From IMG/VR virus record IMGVR_UViG_3300033072_000208, positions 7,536 through 71,535 of that record: a stretch of DNA of 64,000 nucleotides; one strand, 5' to 3'. Within the stretch, counting starts at the first letter, position 1. Each line of letters starts with the position of its first letter. The position numbers were made by a program, and so were the translations under genes. Source of the stretch: a virus (taxonomy: Duplodnaviria; Caudoviricetes). Below, piece by piece: positions 26,301 to 36,301 of the stretch. Under the pieces are notes generated by a model that was given only the letters and a program-made list of their open reading frames with translations, had not been told where the DNA came from and ran no database searches.

Positions 26301-28913
26301 TTGTAGAGCAGCCACCTCTTCTTTAATAGACAGAGCAGCAGAATCATAATCATCTGCCCATTTAGATAGAAGTTCCTGCAATGCCACTTGAGCATTGTAT
26401 TGACGGATTAGTTCTTCATTTGCTTCAATTAGTTTTAGAGCATTTTCAAACTCCGTCTTCTGTCTCTCGCTCAGAGAATTCCAACGAGGATCATTTTGAG
26501 CATCAAACAACATCTTCTGAGAGTTTGTCATTTGCTCATAACCGGAGTTTAGCTTTGACACTTCTTGCTGAGTTTTTAGTGCAAGGTCAGAAGCACCTTC
26601 CATTAACTTCTCGAAGTATTTCTGTGTTTTCTCTGCTTCCTTTCCAGCCTCGTTAGCCCCCTTCTTCCGATCCTCAAGTTCTTTCTTGAATTGAGAGGCA
26701 GCAGCCGAATTAGCCTGCTTTCTAGCGGCAGCGGCTTCTAGTTCTTTCTTGGTAAGTTCGTCTGTGCTTGTCCAGAGAGACTTCAGTGTTCCTTCCAATT
26801 CACGATAACCCGATGCTGCATCCGACATCATGCTATTACCAATGTTCATTACGCCGCTGAAATCCAAGTTGGCGAGAGCAACAAGTTGGGCAGCGATGCC
26901 ACCAATCATTTTACCTGCGCCTTGTACAGCCCAAGCAATGACATGAAATACTGACGCAACGCCCCTCCACGCTACTGCGAACGTATCAACTAAAACGCTT
27001 TGAGTTACAAGGTCATAAACAGCATCCCCAAGTTCAGACACATCCTTCTTCATCCTGTCGTACAGGCGACCAAGAGGTGTCATCTCAGCAAGAATCATCT
27101 TAGATGCCTCCAGCTCTGCACGAGCTTTTTCTTCCATAGCATCTTTTGTTGCTTTGGCTACATTCCCTTGTTCAACCAACTTGTCAATTGCCTTGATTGT
27201 TTCGATATTCACTTGACCAGTGGCGATAGCTACATCGAGAAGTCCCTCGACTGGCTTACCCTTCAATGAAGAATAGGAGTCGATAATATCGGAAAGACTC
27301 TTCCCTGTTACACGAGACAGTTCTGTAGCAGATACAATCATCTCGTCCGTGAATTGAATGTTCTTAGTGGCAAACAGTGTTACAGCATCAAGAGCATCAT
27401 AAATGCTTGTTCCGTAACTCTCTCCAATCTTCTCGGCAGCTTGTTGAGCTTGCTGTGCAGTTAGGCCAAGGCTTGCACCAGACATATTTAGGGCAACAGC
27501 CAGTTTATCTAGATCATTAGACAACTTTACACTTGCTACAGCAAATGTACCAATTGCTGCAACGATTCCTAGTAGAAGACCTCCAGCAAGAATCCTTGAG
27601 GCATTCATCACACCAACCATAGCTGCACTGAATTTGTTTCCAGCAGCCGCACCATCTTCAAATACTTTTATTGTATCACTCGCTGCATTACCAAGACCAA
27701 CCATGCGACCAATGGCATCAATAACCGATGTGTTGAAGTTTGTAATCAACTTCCCTGCCGACATGATGCCGTCAATCAGGAAGTCTTTTACGATTGTTCC
27801 AACAAGGACAAATGAGTTTGCCATTGATGCGAATGCACCCCGCATCACATTGTCCAGCCCCTGCCCTGCTGCCTTAGCTTGCTCAAGAGCAAATCTAATT
27901 TGATCGCCTTGTTGAATTGCAACCAGCAAGGGGTTCATCCCGCCCGCAAGAGAAACAAACACGTCGCCAAGTTGCACAGATACTGCGCGAGCAAGCTGAT
28001 TCACTTCCTGGGTTGTGTTGCGAATATCTTCTCGCATTTTATTGATTGGATTGGCCCTTCCCTGAAGCCCCTGCTTTGTTGTAAGGGCAGATTGGAATTC
28101 CTGCATCTTTGCAGCAGCTTGATCAGCAGAAAGTCCTAGCAAATCTAATTGTTGCTTATAAGCATATAAAGCATTTGCTCCAGACGTGCTCATACCCTTA
28201 TCCATTTGTTCATTCATGAATAAGGTGCGTTGGAGTGTTTCTTGTACATACTTCTCTGCGTCCGCTCTTTGCTTTGCAGTCGCCTGTGCTGCTCTTGCAG
28301 CCTCTTGTTGAATGCGGATCTCTTCTCTAGCAACCCTGTTCTTTTCTTCGATAGCTGCTTCAAGTCTGTTATATTCTCTGGCCTGCTTGATAAATGCGGT
28401 GATATAATCGTTGGTGGCCTTAGTTCCAGCCTCTAGTGATAGTTTCTCGGCACGACCTTTCTGCTTTACTGCCTCAATACCTTGGGTAAGAAGACTTATC
28501 TGTTGTTTAGTGAGATCATTATATCTTTCGATATATTTCATACTCTTTGATAGTTCTTCTGTCTTCTTAGTCATTCGAGCAAGAGCGTTTGCACTTTTAT
28601 CGAATGGATTGACACCCATGATCTTATTCATTCTCTCAAATTCTCTAGAGAAGAATTTAATCTCTGTCGCGGATGCTCCAGCCTGCTTCATTGTGGCTAG
28701 GAAGCCCGCCTGAGTTTTTGTCAAGGACTCTGAAAGTTTTACTGCACTTCCAGCAACACGAAGTTGCTCACCACGCAGCACCTTGTTTGTATCATTTAAT
28801 TTTAGTGCAGCACGATCAACTTTATCCAGTGCCACATCCAGATCATTCAAATCTCTTGTTGCACGTTCTACAGCTTGAGCTTCAACCTTCAGATTAAGGA
28901 CTTCTAAATCCAT
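23328..28913 (-). CDS. tail tape measure protein
   Basis: 1861 aa, helical; lambda-type motif QLGDVFVSLAGGMNPLLVAIQQGDQI; follows the tail chaperones. Confidence 0.93.
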   Translation of the reverse strand: MDLEVLNLKVEAQAVERATRDLNDLDVALDKVDRAALKLNDTNKVLRGEQLRVAGSAVKLSESLTKTQAGFLATMKQAGASATEIKFFSREFERMNKIMGVNPFDKSANALARMTKKTEELSKSMKYIERYNDLTKQQISLLTQGIEAVKQKGRAEKLSLEAGTKATNDYITAFIKQAREYNRLEAAIEEKNRVAREEIRIQQEAARAAQATAKQRADAEKYVQETLQRTLFMNEQMDKGMSTSGANALYAYKQQLDLLGLSADQAAAKMQEFQSALTTKQGLQGRANPINKMREDIRNTTQEVNQLARAVSVQLGDVFVSLAGGMNPLLVAIQQGDQIRFALEQAKAAGQGLDNVMRGAFASMANSFVLVGTIVKDFLIDGIMSAGKLITNFNTSVIDAIGRMVGLGNAASDTIKVFEDGAAAGNKFSAAMVGVMNASRILAGGLLLGIVAAIGTFAVASVKLSNDLDKLAVALNMSGASLGLTAQQAQQAAEKIGESYGTSIYDALDAVTLFATKNIQFTDEMIVSATELSRVTGKSLSDIIDSYSSLKGKPVEGLLDVAIATGQVNIETIKAIDKLVEQGNVAKATKDAMEEKARAELEASKMILAEMTPLGRLYDRMKKDVSELGDAVYDLVTQSVLVDTFAVAWRGVASVFHVIAWAVQGAGKMIGGIAAQLVALANLDFSGVMNIGNSMMSDAASGYRELEGTLKSLWTSTDELTKKELEAAAARKQANSAAASQFKKELEDRKKGANEAGKEAEKTQKYFEKLMEGASDLALKTQQEVSKLNSGYEQMTNSQKMLFDAQNDPRWNSLSERQKTEFENALKLIEANEELIRQYNAQVALQELLSKWADDYDSAALSIKEEVAALQLRNNLLFKTEDEAKAIQRQYDLNVKLAAVENKYIERRNQMMLDYVKLFQEGKWSPEALAEYQRNMEAVNQQEAQERLLAHQDANMKIVEDFEAKFKEIQGTVTDIIATAMFEGGKVGSKKLKDVLTAEFRKYVINVLINPIVGNTMGALSQSIGLGGSSQGGTLGSVGNLLGSASNLQSLYGAVTGGITSSLGSAIGALGSAIGSSAVTSFAAGIKGSTLAAGLAGPTTAGASGAMGLGASFGAAIPWLAGGLAIANLLGAFNKKPSDKSSWATVNPTTGAVSGVGSMTGKKDPGQEQRDATVMLAQAIGSFSNMAGITKKLTAMIGQRDGIRVTLSGESQRNYGKGGIEDTLVMALNDLVDEGTLEQAMIETWRSMQKEVDGTTRSGVELISVLSLLTAGYEKANIERANLLQMENEALEIAYARMENLEKVLSGSALPGDVLAQSVGSLVVSFEKLNVTVPTSISDLNNLIVGIDMTTDSGKELYVSLMELVPAFLELSAAQEALYNQLLTEEELVSKQMDALSKAFEQLGLSIPSSSKELRNLIDAQDAATVEGSKLKAQLLSLVPAFIEVSAAADESFNKIIDSLKEQEKAATDLYERNLKDAQDALRDAYKRQSQEISQVITKWENFSKTLREFREQLIRSVSMSSGIPKAQSEWKKVLDKAQGGDEDALNDLVSVSNQYLEEAKLNSKSYQDYLRVLYGVANSIEATEKITENESKIAKRQLEILKSQVSALISIDENVISVEQAIRQLIAVQSSGVNLPKTGGSSTASGSSGATTGGNKVTTGIGWLDALPSGLMANSAIISPELEGLSKEQIQMYFDRERGALSSQSQKAWTVSGYALNNPDVVAYYEQNKSALSEVGQGSNLYDYLSYHYNKWGKEEGRAYASGGAFTNGIVHKPTFFNESLMGEVGSEAIMPLTNIGGSLGVRAMLPDMQDVVDELQALRSETTMLRAEVRAVASNTSKSAKLLDRAMPDGQSLLVTTTA

Positions 28914-29081
28914 ACCATTATCTCCTAGCTAGGAATGGGCTAAAGCCCGTTATTCTTGTTGAGGAGCATCTTACGATGCTTGCGCACCCTCTAATATAAA
29001 CACATAGCCTTATGCTTATATTGGAGAACACAGTGCAGATAGAAAAAGAGGAGATAGCTCTTGTGAAGCCTCTCCTCGATC

Positions 29082-29474
29082 TCATTTCTTTCTTTTGGAT
29101 TGTTGCTTCTCTTTGTCTTTCTGCTGCTTTGCAAATATCTCCAACGCTACATTATCAAACTGCTCAATTAGTTCTAGTTCGTAGTGTGTTGGGTATAGTT
29201 GGTGCAGTTCAAAGAAGGCTTTCATTTCTAGGTAAGAAATTGGACTAACGCCAAAACCATTGTTAGCCCTCCTTGAATGCAACTTTAAAAAGAACTGCCA
29301 AGCGTCCAGAAACATCTCGTCTAGTTCTGCTGGAGCATCTAACTCTTTTGGCTTAATGCCAGTCTGTTTCCACACTAGGTTTAGTTGATCCCTGATAGTG
29401 TCTTTTCCATTAGGGCTACTTCCAAGGTAGAATTGATGCTTGGCGAATTCTATCGCTGATGTTACATCAGCGTC
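29082..29474 (-). CDS. tail assembly chaperone C-terminal extension (probable frameshift product)
   Basis: Frame is open from ~29500 through 29082; contains PISYLEMKAFFEL..L.P..YELELI...D. Confidence 0.7.
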   Translation of the reverse strand, partial: DADVTSAIEFAKHQFYLGSSPNGKDTIRDQLNLVWKQTGIKPKELDAPAELDEMFLDAWQFFLKLHSRRANNGFGVSPISYLEMKAFFELHQLYPTHYELELIEQFDNVALEIFAKQQKDKEKQQSKRKK

Positions 29475-29874
29475 ATTGAAAGTTGAAGATGTTGTTTGAT
29501 TGCTCTAGCACTTGCTCACGAATCCAAGAATACTCAGCATACACGCGCTTTGCTTCTTCCTTGGAAAACTTAACTTCCTTTCCGTCTTCAACAACCCCAC
29601 TCCAACCGAGGGTGCGAATCACAGCAGCATCAACAGACATTTCTTCAGCTTCATCTAGGTCAAGCTCATATTCCCGACCCTTCCGCTTTGCCTGCTGCTC
29701 CTTCATCTTCATCTCTTGATACACCTTACGACCATGATTGCGAACCGCCGGTGAGTGCTCACCACGGACACTAATCTTGATACCAGTCTTATCACCAGCG
29801 GGGGTGGTCACTTCAAAAGTGTAACCTGCTTCTGCTACGTCTGAAGGGTTGTTGAGTTTAAGATCGAAGCTCAT
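29473..29874 (-). CDS. tail assembly chaperone
   Basis: Lies between the tail tube and TMP genes; ends WIREQV...NIFNFQ. Confidence 0.8.
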   Translation of the reverse strand: MSFDLKLNNPSDVAEAGYTFEVTTPAGDKTGIKISVRGEHSPAVRNHGRKVYQEMKMKEQQAKRKGREYELDLDEAEEMSVDAAVIRTLGWSGVVEDGKEVKFSKEEAKRVYAEYSWIREQVLEQSNNIFNFQ

Positions 29875-30033
29875 ATTTATTCTCTCCTTGAATTAATAAT
29901 AGAATTCCTGTTTCTCTACAGGATAAAAAGATTATAGCATTCAATACCAACAAAAGTCAATATAGAAATAGAAAAGCCCCCTTCCAATCAAGGACAGAGG
30001 GCTTCTTTAGACTATTTAAAAACTACTTAATGT

Positions 30034-31227
30034 TTAGGCTTCTGTATCATTGATGAAGATAGTGCTTAGGCCATCACAACTTTCAAGAGCCTCGAAAGAA
30101 GCCGATGCAGTGATGCCGAGTTCAGCATCTGCTAGACCAAAGCTATTCACCTTAACGCGGGGCATGTAGAAACTCATTGCGCTACCAGTGCCACATGCGT
30201 TAGTAGATACACCAAGAACCAGACTCACTTCAGTTTCGTTATTGAAGTAGTTACGGAAATTGGCATCAGTGAAATACACAGACATATTACCAGTAACTAG
30301 GATACGACCAGTGAAGATTTCAGCTAGGCTGTTACTACCAACAGCAGTAGCATTTTCAGTTGCACGATCAACAGTGAAATCAATAGATGTGATTAGAGCA
30401 ACAGGCTGACCATTGACGATAACCGCACCATTCACAGCAGCCATCACACCAGAGGCTGATTGAGCAGCAGGGGATGTGAAGTATTGGGTAGTACCTGTCT
30501 GGGCCATGTCCTTGCCAGTGAAACCAAAGTCAAGGGTGATAATGCCGGTAGATGGCATTGAAACACCCATTGAATTTACTTTCATACCAGTGAAAACTTG
30601 GCTCTGAGCAATATCAGAATACCACTCTTCGATGGTGTAACTCTGGTTAGTGTGACCTGATGCTGGAATGAAGGTGTGCTTACCGGGAACGGTGAATGTT
30701 ACAGAAGATGCTACACCTTGAGCCGTTGGAGCACCGAGAGTGTCAAGAGGAACAAAGGTAACATTCAGGGCTGAAACAGCGGTGATTAGGAAGTCACGAC
30801 CATTATCATCTACATCAGTAAGACCAGAAGCATTAACAATTAGACCGGGACGGAAGCCATCTGTTACAAAGCTGCCAACAGTGCGTACAAACTGGTAGGT
30901 GGTTCCTGACACGGTGACGGTGACGTTTGCGGCAGCACCGAGAGTTACAGGGGTAAAGTCACGAGCAAGAATACTACCCATAAAATCAGCATAAGAGCCC
31001 GCTGAAAGTTCTGCTGACAGACTGCCCTCTGCACTACGAACACCGTGGGTTGAACTGGCGTTCTGGCGTGAAGTACGGATTTCGCTTGAAGAGTATGATT
31101 CTTTAACTAGGTTGAAGTCAGCAGTTACACGACGAAGTTGCTTACCGTCAGTTGCACCAGCTAGAGTGCCGAAGGTGGTTTCCTTCTTGTATGCTACAAC
31201 CTTAGCGGTGCCTTGAGAAATTGCCAT
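30034..31227 (-). CDS. major tail (tube) protein
   Basis: AYKKETTFG...LRR...FNL..ESY.S.EIR; synteny; highly expressed codon style. Confidence 0.85.
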   Translation of the reverse strand: MAISQGTAKVVAYKKETTFGTLAGATDGKQLRRVTADFNLVKESYSSSEIRTSRQNASSTHGVRSAEGSLSAELSAGSYADFMGSILARDFTPVTLGAAANVTVTVSGTTYQFVRTVGSFVTDGFRPGLIVNASGLTDVDDNGRDFLITAVSALNVTFVPLDTLGAPTAQGVASSVTFTVPGKHTFIPASGHTNQSYTIEEWYSDIAQSQVFTGMKVNSMGVSMPSTGIITLDFGFTGKDMAQTGTTQYFTSPAAQSASGVMAAVNGAVIVNGQPVALITSIDFTVDRATENATAVGSNSLAEIFTGRILVTGNMSVYFTDANFRNYFNNETEVSLVLGVSTNACGTGSAMSFYMPRVKVNSFGLADAELGITASASFEALESCDGLSTIFINDTEA

Positions 31228-31313
31228 AATTTTGATTCCTTATAAGAAAATTTAACATTTGCAAATGTTTGAAGCTCATGCTTCATTGATGAACAGACGC
31301 AATCCCGCAGAAA

Positions 31314-31730
31314 TTAGTATTCCTTGAACACTTCGGCTGCTACATCAATCAATACTGGAATAACAAGTCTATTCTCAAAGATCCCACCACTAGAGACCTG
31401 TGGTGTATCGAGAATCATAAGCCTCATCCCATCCTCTGTAAAACACGTCCCTTTATCAAAGCGTGTTCTAATCTGTTCTGCAACCTGAATTGCTCTTGCT
31501 GTTCCGATATTCGGCAGGTCAATGATGAAGCACTGAAAACTGATTTGCTCCCTGTAATACTTACTACTTGCCACAACATCCCTCGGACCTCTATTAACAA
31601 ACTGTGTTCTTATATACAATTTATCTGTAGGAGCATTAAATGACACGTTCTCAAAAGCAATAGGTGTTGTTGGAAGCAATGCCAACAAGGCTCTTTCACA
31701 AGCCCTTTTTGTGTTTAGAATAGCTGACAT
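31314..31730 (-). CDS. tail terminator/completion protein
   Basis: IAFENVSF..P...Y; synteny. Confidence 0.7.
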   Translation of the reverse strand: MSAILNTKRACERALLALLPTTPIAFENVSFNAPTDKLYIRTQFVNRGPRDVVASSKYYREQISFQCFIIDLPNIGTARAIQVAEQIRTRFDKGTCFTEDGMRLMILDTPQVSSGGIFENRLVIPVLIDVAAEVFKEY

Positions 31731-31739
31731 TCACTCTCC

Positions 31740-32369
31740 TTAGTTCCAAGGTTTCTTTCGACCATCAGCAGCATATGCAGCAGCCATGTCAAACTTATAT
31801 GTTCTCATTACAGTGTCAATCGTTGGCTTGATAATACCTTGAACGTCTCCAATCTTACCCATCTCCATATATCTATACGCTGGTCCTTGTGCAGCAATAT
31901 AGAACACATCCCCAAGTTTATATGAGGAATAGAAGTCTCTTCTGAACTCACTAAGCATTTCGACTTGATCTCTAATTTCAGGAACAAAAGCAGGAGCAGG
32001 AGACATGCTGTATTGGAAGGCTCCAGCATGATAACCAACATCTACAGGGAGACCATATCTTTCTTGACGCATTTCATATAACCGTCTGTACGCTGTTGCT
32101 GCCCTCGTCGGGCTATCGGCATATCCGGCCATTAGCCTGTCAATATCACCAACCTTGGTGTTGATATTCATGTTGAGAATGATGTTCTCAGCAAGAGCAT
32201 AAACCATGTTCTTTAACTTACGAACAGCGTTGGCTCTGAATGGAGGAAGCTGTACTTTCTTTGATCTTCTGGCTAAAGCGTCTAGAGCATTGCCGAGTCC
32301 TGTCAGCTTAATATCTGCCTCAAGCATCTCTGCTGTATTAACTCGTATTCCAACCCTACTAAGAGCCAT
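31740..32369 (-). CDS. neck/tail completion protein
   Basis: Synteny between head closure and tail terminator. Confidence 0.55.
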   Translation of the reverse strand: MALSRVGIRVNTAEMLEADIKLTGLGNALDALARRSKKVQLPPFRANAVRKLKNMVYALAENIILNMNINTKVGDIDRLMAGYADSPTRAATAYRRLYEMRQERYGLPVDVGYHAGAFQYSMSPAPAFVPEIRDQVEMLSEFRRDFYSSYKLGDVFYIAAQGPAYRYMEMGKIGDVQGIIKPTIDTVMRTYKFDMAAAYAADGRKKPWN

Positions 32370-32371
32370 GA

Positions 32372-32728
32372 CTACCCCTTAATTGAGATGATCCGATATA
32401 CAGTGTCTTCCCCATGAGCCATGATTGTAAATACACGATACACAGAATAAATAGAACTACCATCTTGGATAGTGTCTTGCGGCTCTGGAAGATTTGACAT
32501 CATTGTCGATGGAATGAGCCATTCAACCACTGTCTTATTAATCAAGTCTGGGAAGTTATAGGCGTTAGTTTTAATTGTCTTTGGGTATGCCTTGACAGTT
32601 TTTGATGATGTTGTGTTTGTCACAGTGCCTGTCTCTGGATTATAAGATCCTTCCACAGTTGTGATATATTGCACATCACGCCCATGTCTGCTTATTAGAC
32701 GAACAGCAGCAACACTAAAATTGTTCAT
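32372..32728 (-). CDS. head closure (head-tail joining) protein
   Basis: RLISRHGR.V...GSYNPETG; synteny. Confidence 0.7.
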   Translation of the reverse strand: MNNFSVAAVRLISRHGRDVQYITTVEGSYNPETGTVTNTTSSKTVKAYPKTIKTNAYNFPDLINKTVVEWLIPSTMMSNLPEPQDTIQDGSSIYSVYRVFTIMAHGEDTVYRIISIKG

Positions 32729-32760
32729 GTCTTCTCCAATAAACAGAATCTGTTACATAA

Positions 32761-33216
32761 TTAAAAGCTAAATACACTCTGTCCAGAACTTGATGAATTA
32801 TCTTGTTCGTATAGTTTTTTGCCTTCAGTAAATCCGATGTATGTAGAACGTGTTACACTATCTGAAGCATTATCGTTCTCATACATATCTTGTTTAGAAA
32901 TACCACCAGCATAAGGCATTGCTACAGAAAGACTTAGCTCTGGGTTGCGCAGCATCTCGATTAGTGCAGCGCGGTATTGTCTTGCCCACTGATCTCCATG
33001 AATCTCTAGAACGTCAATTCTCTCTCGCGTCTTGCTAGATAGAGCAAATAGAATTGCCCGAGCAGCATCTAGTGTTGCACGGCGCTCATTCCCATCATAT
33101 TTATCTAGGAAGTACTGGTAATCGCCGTCTTTCAGAATTTCATATTCAGATGAGGTGTCCCCTAAATGGAGGCGGACCACCATGACAGGATTGCTCAAAT
33201 CACCATTGTAAGGCAT
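32761..33216 (-). CDS. head-tail adaptor protein
   Basis: VRLHLGDT...L.D..YQYFL; PYAGGIS; follows the MCP. Confidence 0.7.
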   Translation of the reverse strand: MPYNGDLSNPVMVVRLHLGDTSSEYEILKDGDYQYFLDKYDGNERRATLDAARAILFALSSKTRERIDVLEIHGDQWARQYRAALIEMLRNPELSLSVAMPYAGGISKQDMYENDNASDSVTRSTYIGFTEGKKLYEQDNSSSSGQSVFSF

Positions 33217-33283
33217 ACACTCTCCGATTAATTGGTGTTGATAATAATTGTCATAAAGAACCTCTTATGAAGTCCCTTATGAC

Positions 33284-33304
33284 AAGGGGCTTTCGCCCCT
33301 TTTA
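33284..33304 (-). terminator. intrinsic terminator after the major capsid gene
   Basis: AAGGGGC-GAAA-GCCCCTT on the - strand. Confidence 0.6.
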
Positions 33305-33329
33305 TAGCTGTTAAGCTACTTTATGAAAC

Positions 33330-34364
33330 TTATGCGTATGCACGGACAACAAGTCCTGGACGACGAAGCACGTTCAGGAAGTTGGTTTCGCTTTCGAGGA
33401 TGATTTGCTCACCCTTCTGATCAGCATACTCAAACACATAAGCCTCTTGGCCAACAGTGCCAACCAGATCAAATTTCTGAGCGGGAGCAAAGTAGGTTAC
33501 GAAGTCATCCTGACCGCCTGAAGGCAGGAAGTAGGCATCGCCTGCGGGGATGTAACGAGTGATGCTACCCATGTTGCCAGCATAGCCACCACGATACTCA
33601 ATGAACAGAACACCGCCGTATGAGAATTCACGATAGCGAGCATCAAGACCTTGAGCAGTGAGGCGATCACGAAGAACTTGCTGTGAGGCGCTGTAGTACT
33701 TGAAAGCATCGACAACCTTGGGGTGTGCAATAAGGGCACTGAAGAACTCTGGTGAGCAAAGGGCATAGATTTCACCAACAACTTGACCAGTGAAAGCGTT
33801 GTCTTGGATGTGAGCAACAACTTCTTCAATCTTGGCAAGAATCTCGGTAGTACCAACGTCAAGAACGAAATCCACTTCCTTACGGGTGGCACCAAACTCT
33901 GTGTACCAGTTGTATGAAACAGTGCCGTTTGGAGCATAGGCAGTACCATTAACGATGGCATTCATACGACCAGCTTCAAGAGTGGCAGCGTGTGACATAC
34001 GGATACGTTCTAGTTTGCGAGCACGAACAGCATCTAGACGCTCTGCACCATCTTCACCATAGGCACGCTTACCAGCTAGATCCTTTGGGTAGATGGCGTC
34101 GTCACCGGGGAAGTGAGGAACACTGAAGGCATGAACCTTACGGGTGTAGTCCTTGTTCAGCATTGAACGCTGACCACGAGTGCGGTCTTCTAGGAGGCCA
34201 TAGCTCTTTGAAATAACTTCAACAGAGGCGGTGTCAGTGGTGATGCCTTCTGATTGGAAGATGCCGAGTTGCTGTGATAGACCCCAGACGTTTGGAACAA
34301 GTAGGAGGTTATCAGTGTAATCGGTGACATCAAAACCTGACTGATATGAACGGGTAATTGGCAT
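33330..34364 (-). CDS. major capsid protein (lambda gpE-like)
   Basis: 344 aa; F.VPHF...D.I; Y....EF.YGGV.F.EY; ESETNFL. Confidence 0.9.
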   Translation of the reverse strand: MPITRSYQSGFDVTDYTDNLLLVPNVWGLSQQLGIFQSEGITTDTASVEVISKSYGLLEDRTRGQRSMLNKDYTRKVHAFSVPHFPGDDAIYPKDLAGKRAYGEDGAERLDAVRARKLERIRMSHAATLEAGRMNAIVNGTAYAPNGTVSYNWYTEFGATRKEVDFVLDVGTTEILAKIEEVVAHIQDNAFTGQVVGEIYALCSPEFFSALIAHPKVVDAFKYYSASQQVLRDRLTAQGLDARYREFSYGGVLFIEYRGGYAGNMGSITRYIPAGDAYFLPSGGQDDFVTYFAPAQKFDLVGTVGQEAYVFEYADQKGEQIILESETNFLNVLRRPGLVVRAYA

Positions 34365-34411
34365 ATTTGTATTCCTTAAATTAAATAATTATCTGTTAGC
34401 TTAATCAGCAA

Positions 34412-34786
34412 TTAGAATTGCTTGTCAGCTAGGATGCCCTTACCAGCTAGAACAGCTAGAACAGCGTCTTTCTCTACATCGGTATCCACATCAGCGCCGA
34501 AGGTTAGGGCTTCACGAGCAACCTTAGCAGGACCACGAGCTAGAACTAGCACACGAGTTTTAAGTGCGGTGACAGGATCGTTAAGGTCTTCCATGAGGAT
34601 GTACGCGGTGTTGGCGGTTGTGGCAACGGTGACAAGAGCACCAGCAGTAGTGAGAACTGAGCCTTGAACGGCGTTGGCAGGAACTGAGGACTTGGCTAGG
34701 GTTTCAAAGCAATAGCCGCTTGAAGGGTCATAAACATGCTTGAGCCAGTTTGATAGGCGAGCGCGATCAGTCGCAACGATAGTCAT
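34412..34786 (-). CDS. head decoration protein
   Basis: 124 aa directly before the MCP; VLVLARGPAKV. Confidence 0.7.
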   Translation of the reverse strand: MTIVATDRARLSNWLKHVYDPSSGYCFETLAKSSVPANAVQGSVLTTAGALVTVATTANTAYILMEDLNDPVTALKTRVLVLARGPAKVAREALTFGADVDTDVEKDAVLAVLAGKGILADKQF

Positions 34787-34836
34787 ATTGTGTTTCTCCG
34801 TGTTTAATTTGTATTACGCTTAATTACCAACAAGAA

Positions 34837-35793
34837 TTATTTCTTGGTTGGATATTTTGCCTTGAGGATGGCAGCAGTGCCGTCCATCTTTACAGGGTCT
34901 TGCTCTGATTGACCGGGAACACCAGTCTCTTTGAATAGCTCACTTTCTTCTAGTTGTGCAGCCTTGACAGCAAGACTCTTGACAACAGTTTCAAACGCTT
35001 CTTGAGAAAGAATCTCAGTGGCCTTGAACATATCTTCAACAGCATCTTCAGCTAGAACACCAGCTAGGGCTTCCTTGCGAGCCTTTACAATAGTCTCTAG
35101 TTCTTTAGCTTTGAACACAGCCAGTTCTTCTTGGGCAGCCTTTAGAATTTCTTCTTGAGCAGCCATCTCAGCCTTAACCACCTCAACAGCCTCAGTTACA
35201 GCCTTAGTCACTAGCTCCTCGTGGAGTGCCTTTTGAATCATTTCTTTTTCCATAATTTCCTCTGTGTGAGTTTTTGAGGGAGAATCCATTCCTGCCTTTT
35301 TGACAGAAACATTGTCGCCCTCTGAATTAACAGAGGACATTGCTTTCTCTAGAAGTTCTTGAGCCTCAAGGACAGCTAGGGAATCTTTGTAAGAAAGACC
35401 AGATAGAGCCTTCTTAACATCTTGCTTTGAATAGACAGACTTCATAATTGAGATGGCTGCTACACGCTCATTGATGTATGCACGATGTGCTCCTTGGTAA
35501 TCGTACATATCAGAAGGTTCTTCTTCTTTTTCAAAACCAAGTAGTGTCGCCAACACCTCAGCGTCGTCATAATACATATTGAAGAACTTAACTAGGAAGT
35601 CTTCAAAATCCATTGTGACACTCACTTGGGTTGCTTTCTCAACAATGTCATTTGGGACATCGTTAGTAGCTTTAAATACTAAGGTAGTAATCCCATTGGC
35701 AGGGCCACCTTGGTGCTTACCAACAAGGGCTACGTGTCCGCCTTCATGATCAAACTTAATATCTGTAAGCCGTCGTTTTGCTTTATCACTCAT
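34837..35793 (-). CDS. capsid scaffolding-type protein
   Basis: AKRRLTDIKF....HVALV N-terminus; long Ala/Glu/Lys coiled coil. Confidence 0.6.
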   Translation of the reverse strand: MSDKAKRRLTDIKFDHEGGHVALVGKHQGGPANGITTLVFKATNDVPNDIVEKATQVSVTMDFEDFLVKFFNMYYDDAEVLATLLGFEKEEEPSDMYDYQGAHRAYINERVAAISIMKSVYSKQDVKKALSGLSYKDSLAVLEAQELLEKAMSSVNSEGDNVSVKKAGMDSPSKTHTEEIMEKEMIQKALHEELVTKAVTEAVEVVKAEMAAQEEILKAAQEELAVFKAKELETIVKARKEALAGVLAEDAVEDMFKATEILSQEAFETVVKSLAVKAAQLEESELFKETGVPGQSEQDPVKMDGTAAILKAKYPTKK

Positions 35794-36301
35794 CTAAATT
35801 CTCCACTGTGGCACGAGCACCAATTGACACGCCAGTAATATCTCCAGCCTTTACAGCCTTCCAGATTTCTTCGCCTATCTCTGTCTCTGGGAAAGACCAC
35901 CACTGAAGCCATGCACCCTTTTTAATCTCACGCCCATCATCTGTTGTGAAGGATGCTGGATTGATAAATGACTGAACAATTTTGGCTTCTTCTGTTTCCA
36001 CTTTATGAAACAGATTGGCCTTCATGGAAGTTGTATTGAAGTTGATACAAGCCTTCTCCACTTCTTCAGCAGTGTATGTGTCTCCGTGTAGATCAACCTC
36101 ATCTGGAGATAACACAACAAACATAGCCATTCGTTGTTCTTCATCTAGAGACTTAGTGACTTCAACGACAGCCTCAACAGAAGCTGCCTCGTCTTCATTC
36201 TCTTGAAAGAACTTCTCAACGAATTGCACTAGGGCTTCCGTCAAAGACTTTTTCACATTCTCTCCTTTAAGCATTTTCCATATTCCCTGCGCTGGCATCA
36301 T
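35786..36301 (-). CDS. XkdF-like capsid maturation protease
   Basis: VVLSPDEVDLHGD...NLFH...IW..VKAG.ITGVSIG. Confidence 0.75.
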   Translation of the reverse strand: MMPAQGIWKMLKGENVKKSLTEALVQFVEKFFQENEDEAASVEAVVEVTKSLDEEQRMAMFVVLSPDEVDLHGDTYTAEEVEKACINFNTTSMKANLFHKVETEEAKIVQSFINPASFTTDDGREIKKGAWLQWWSFPETEIGEEIWKAVKAGDITGVSIGARATVENLDE

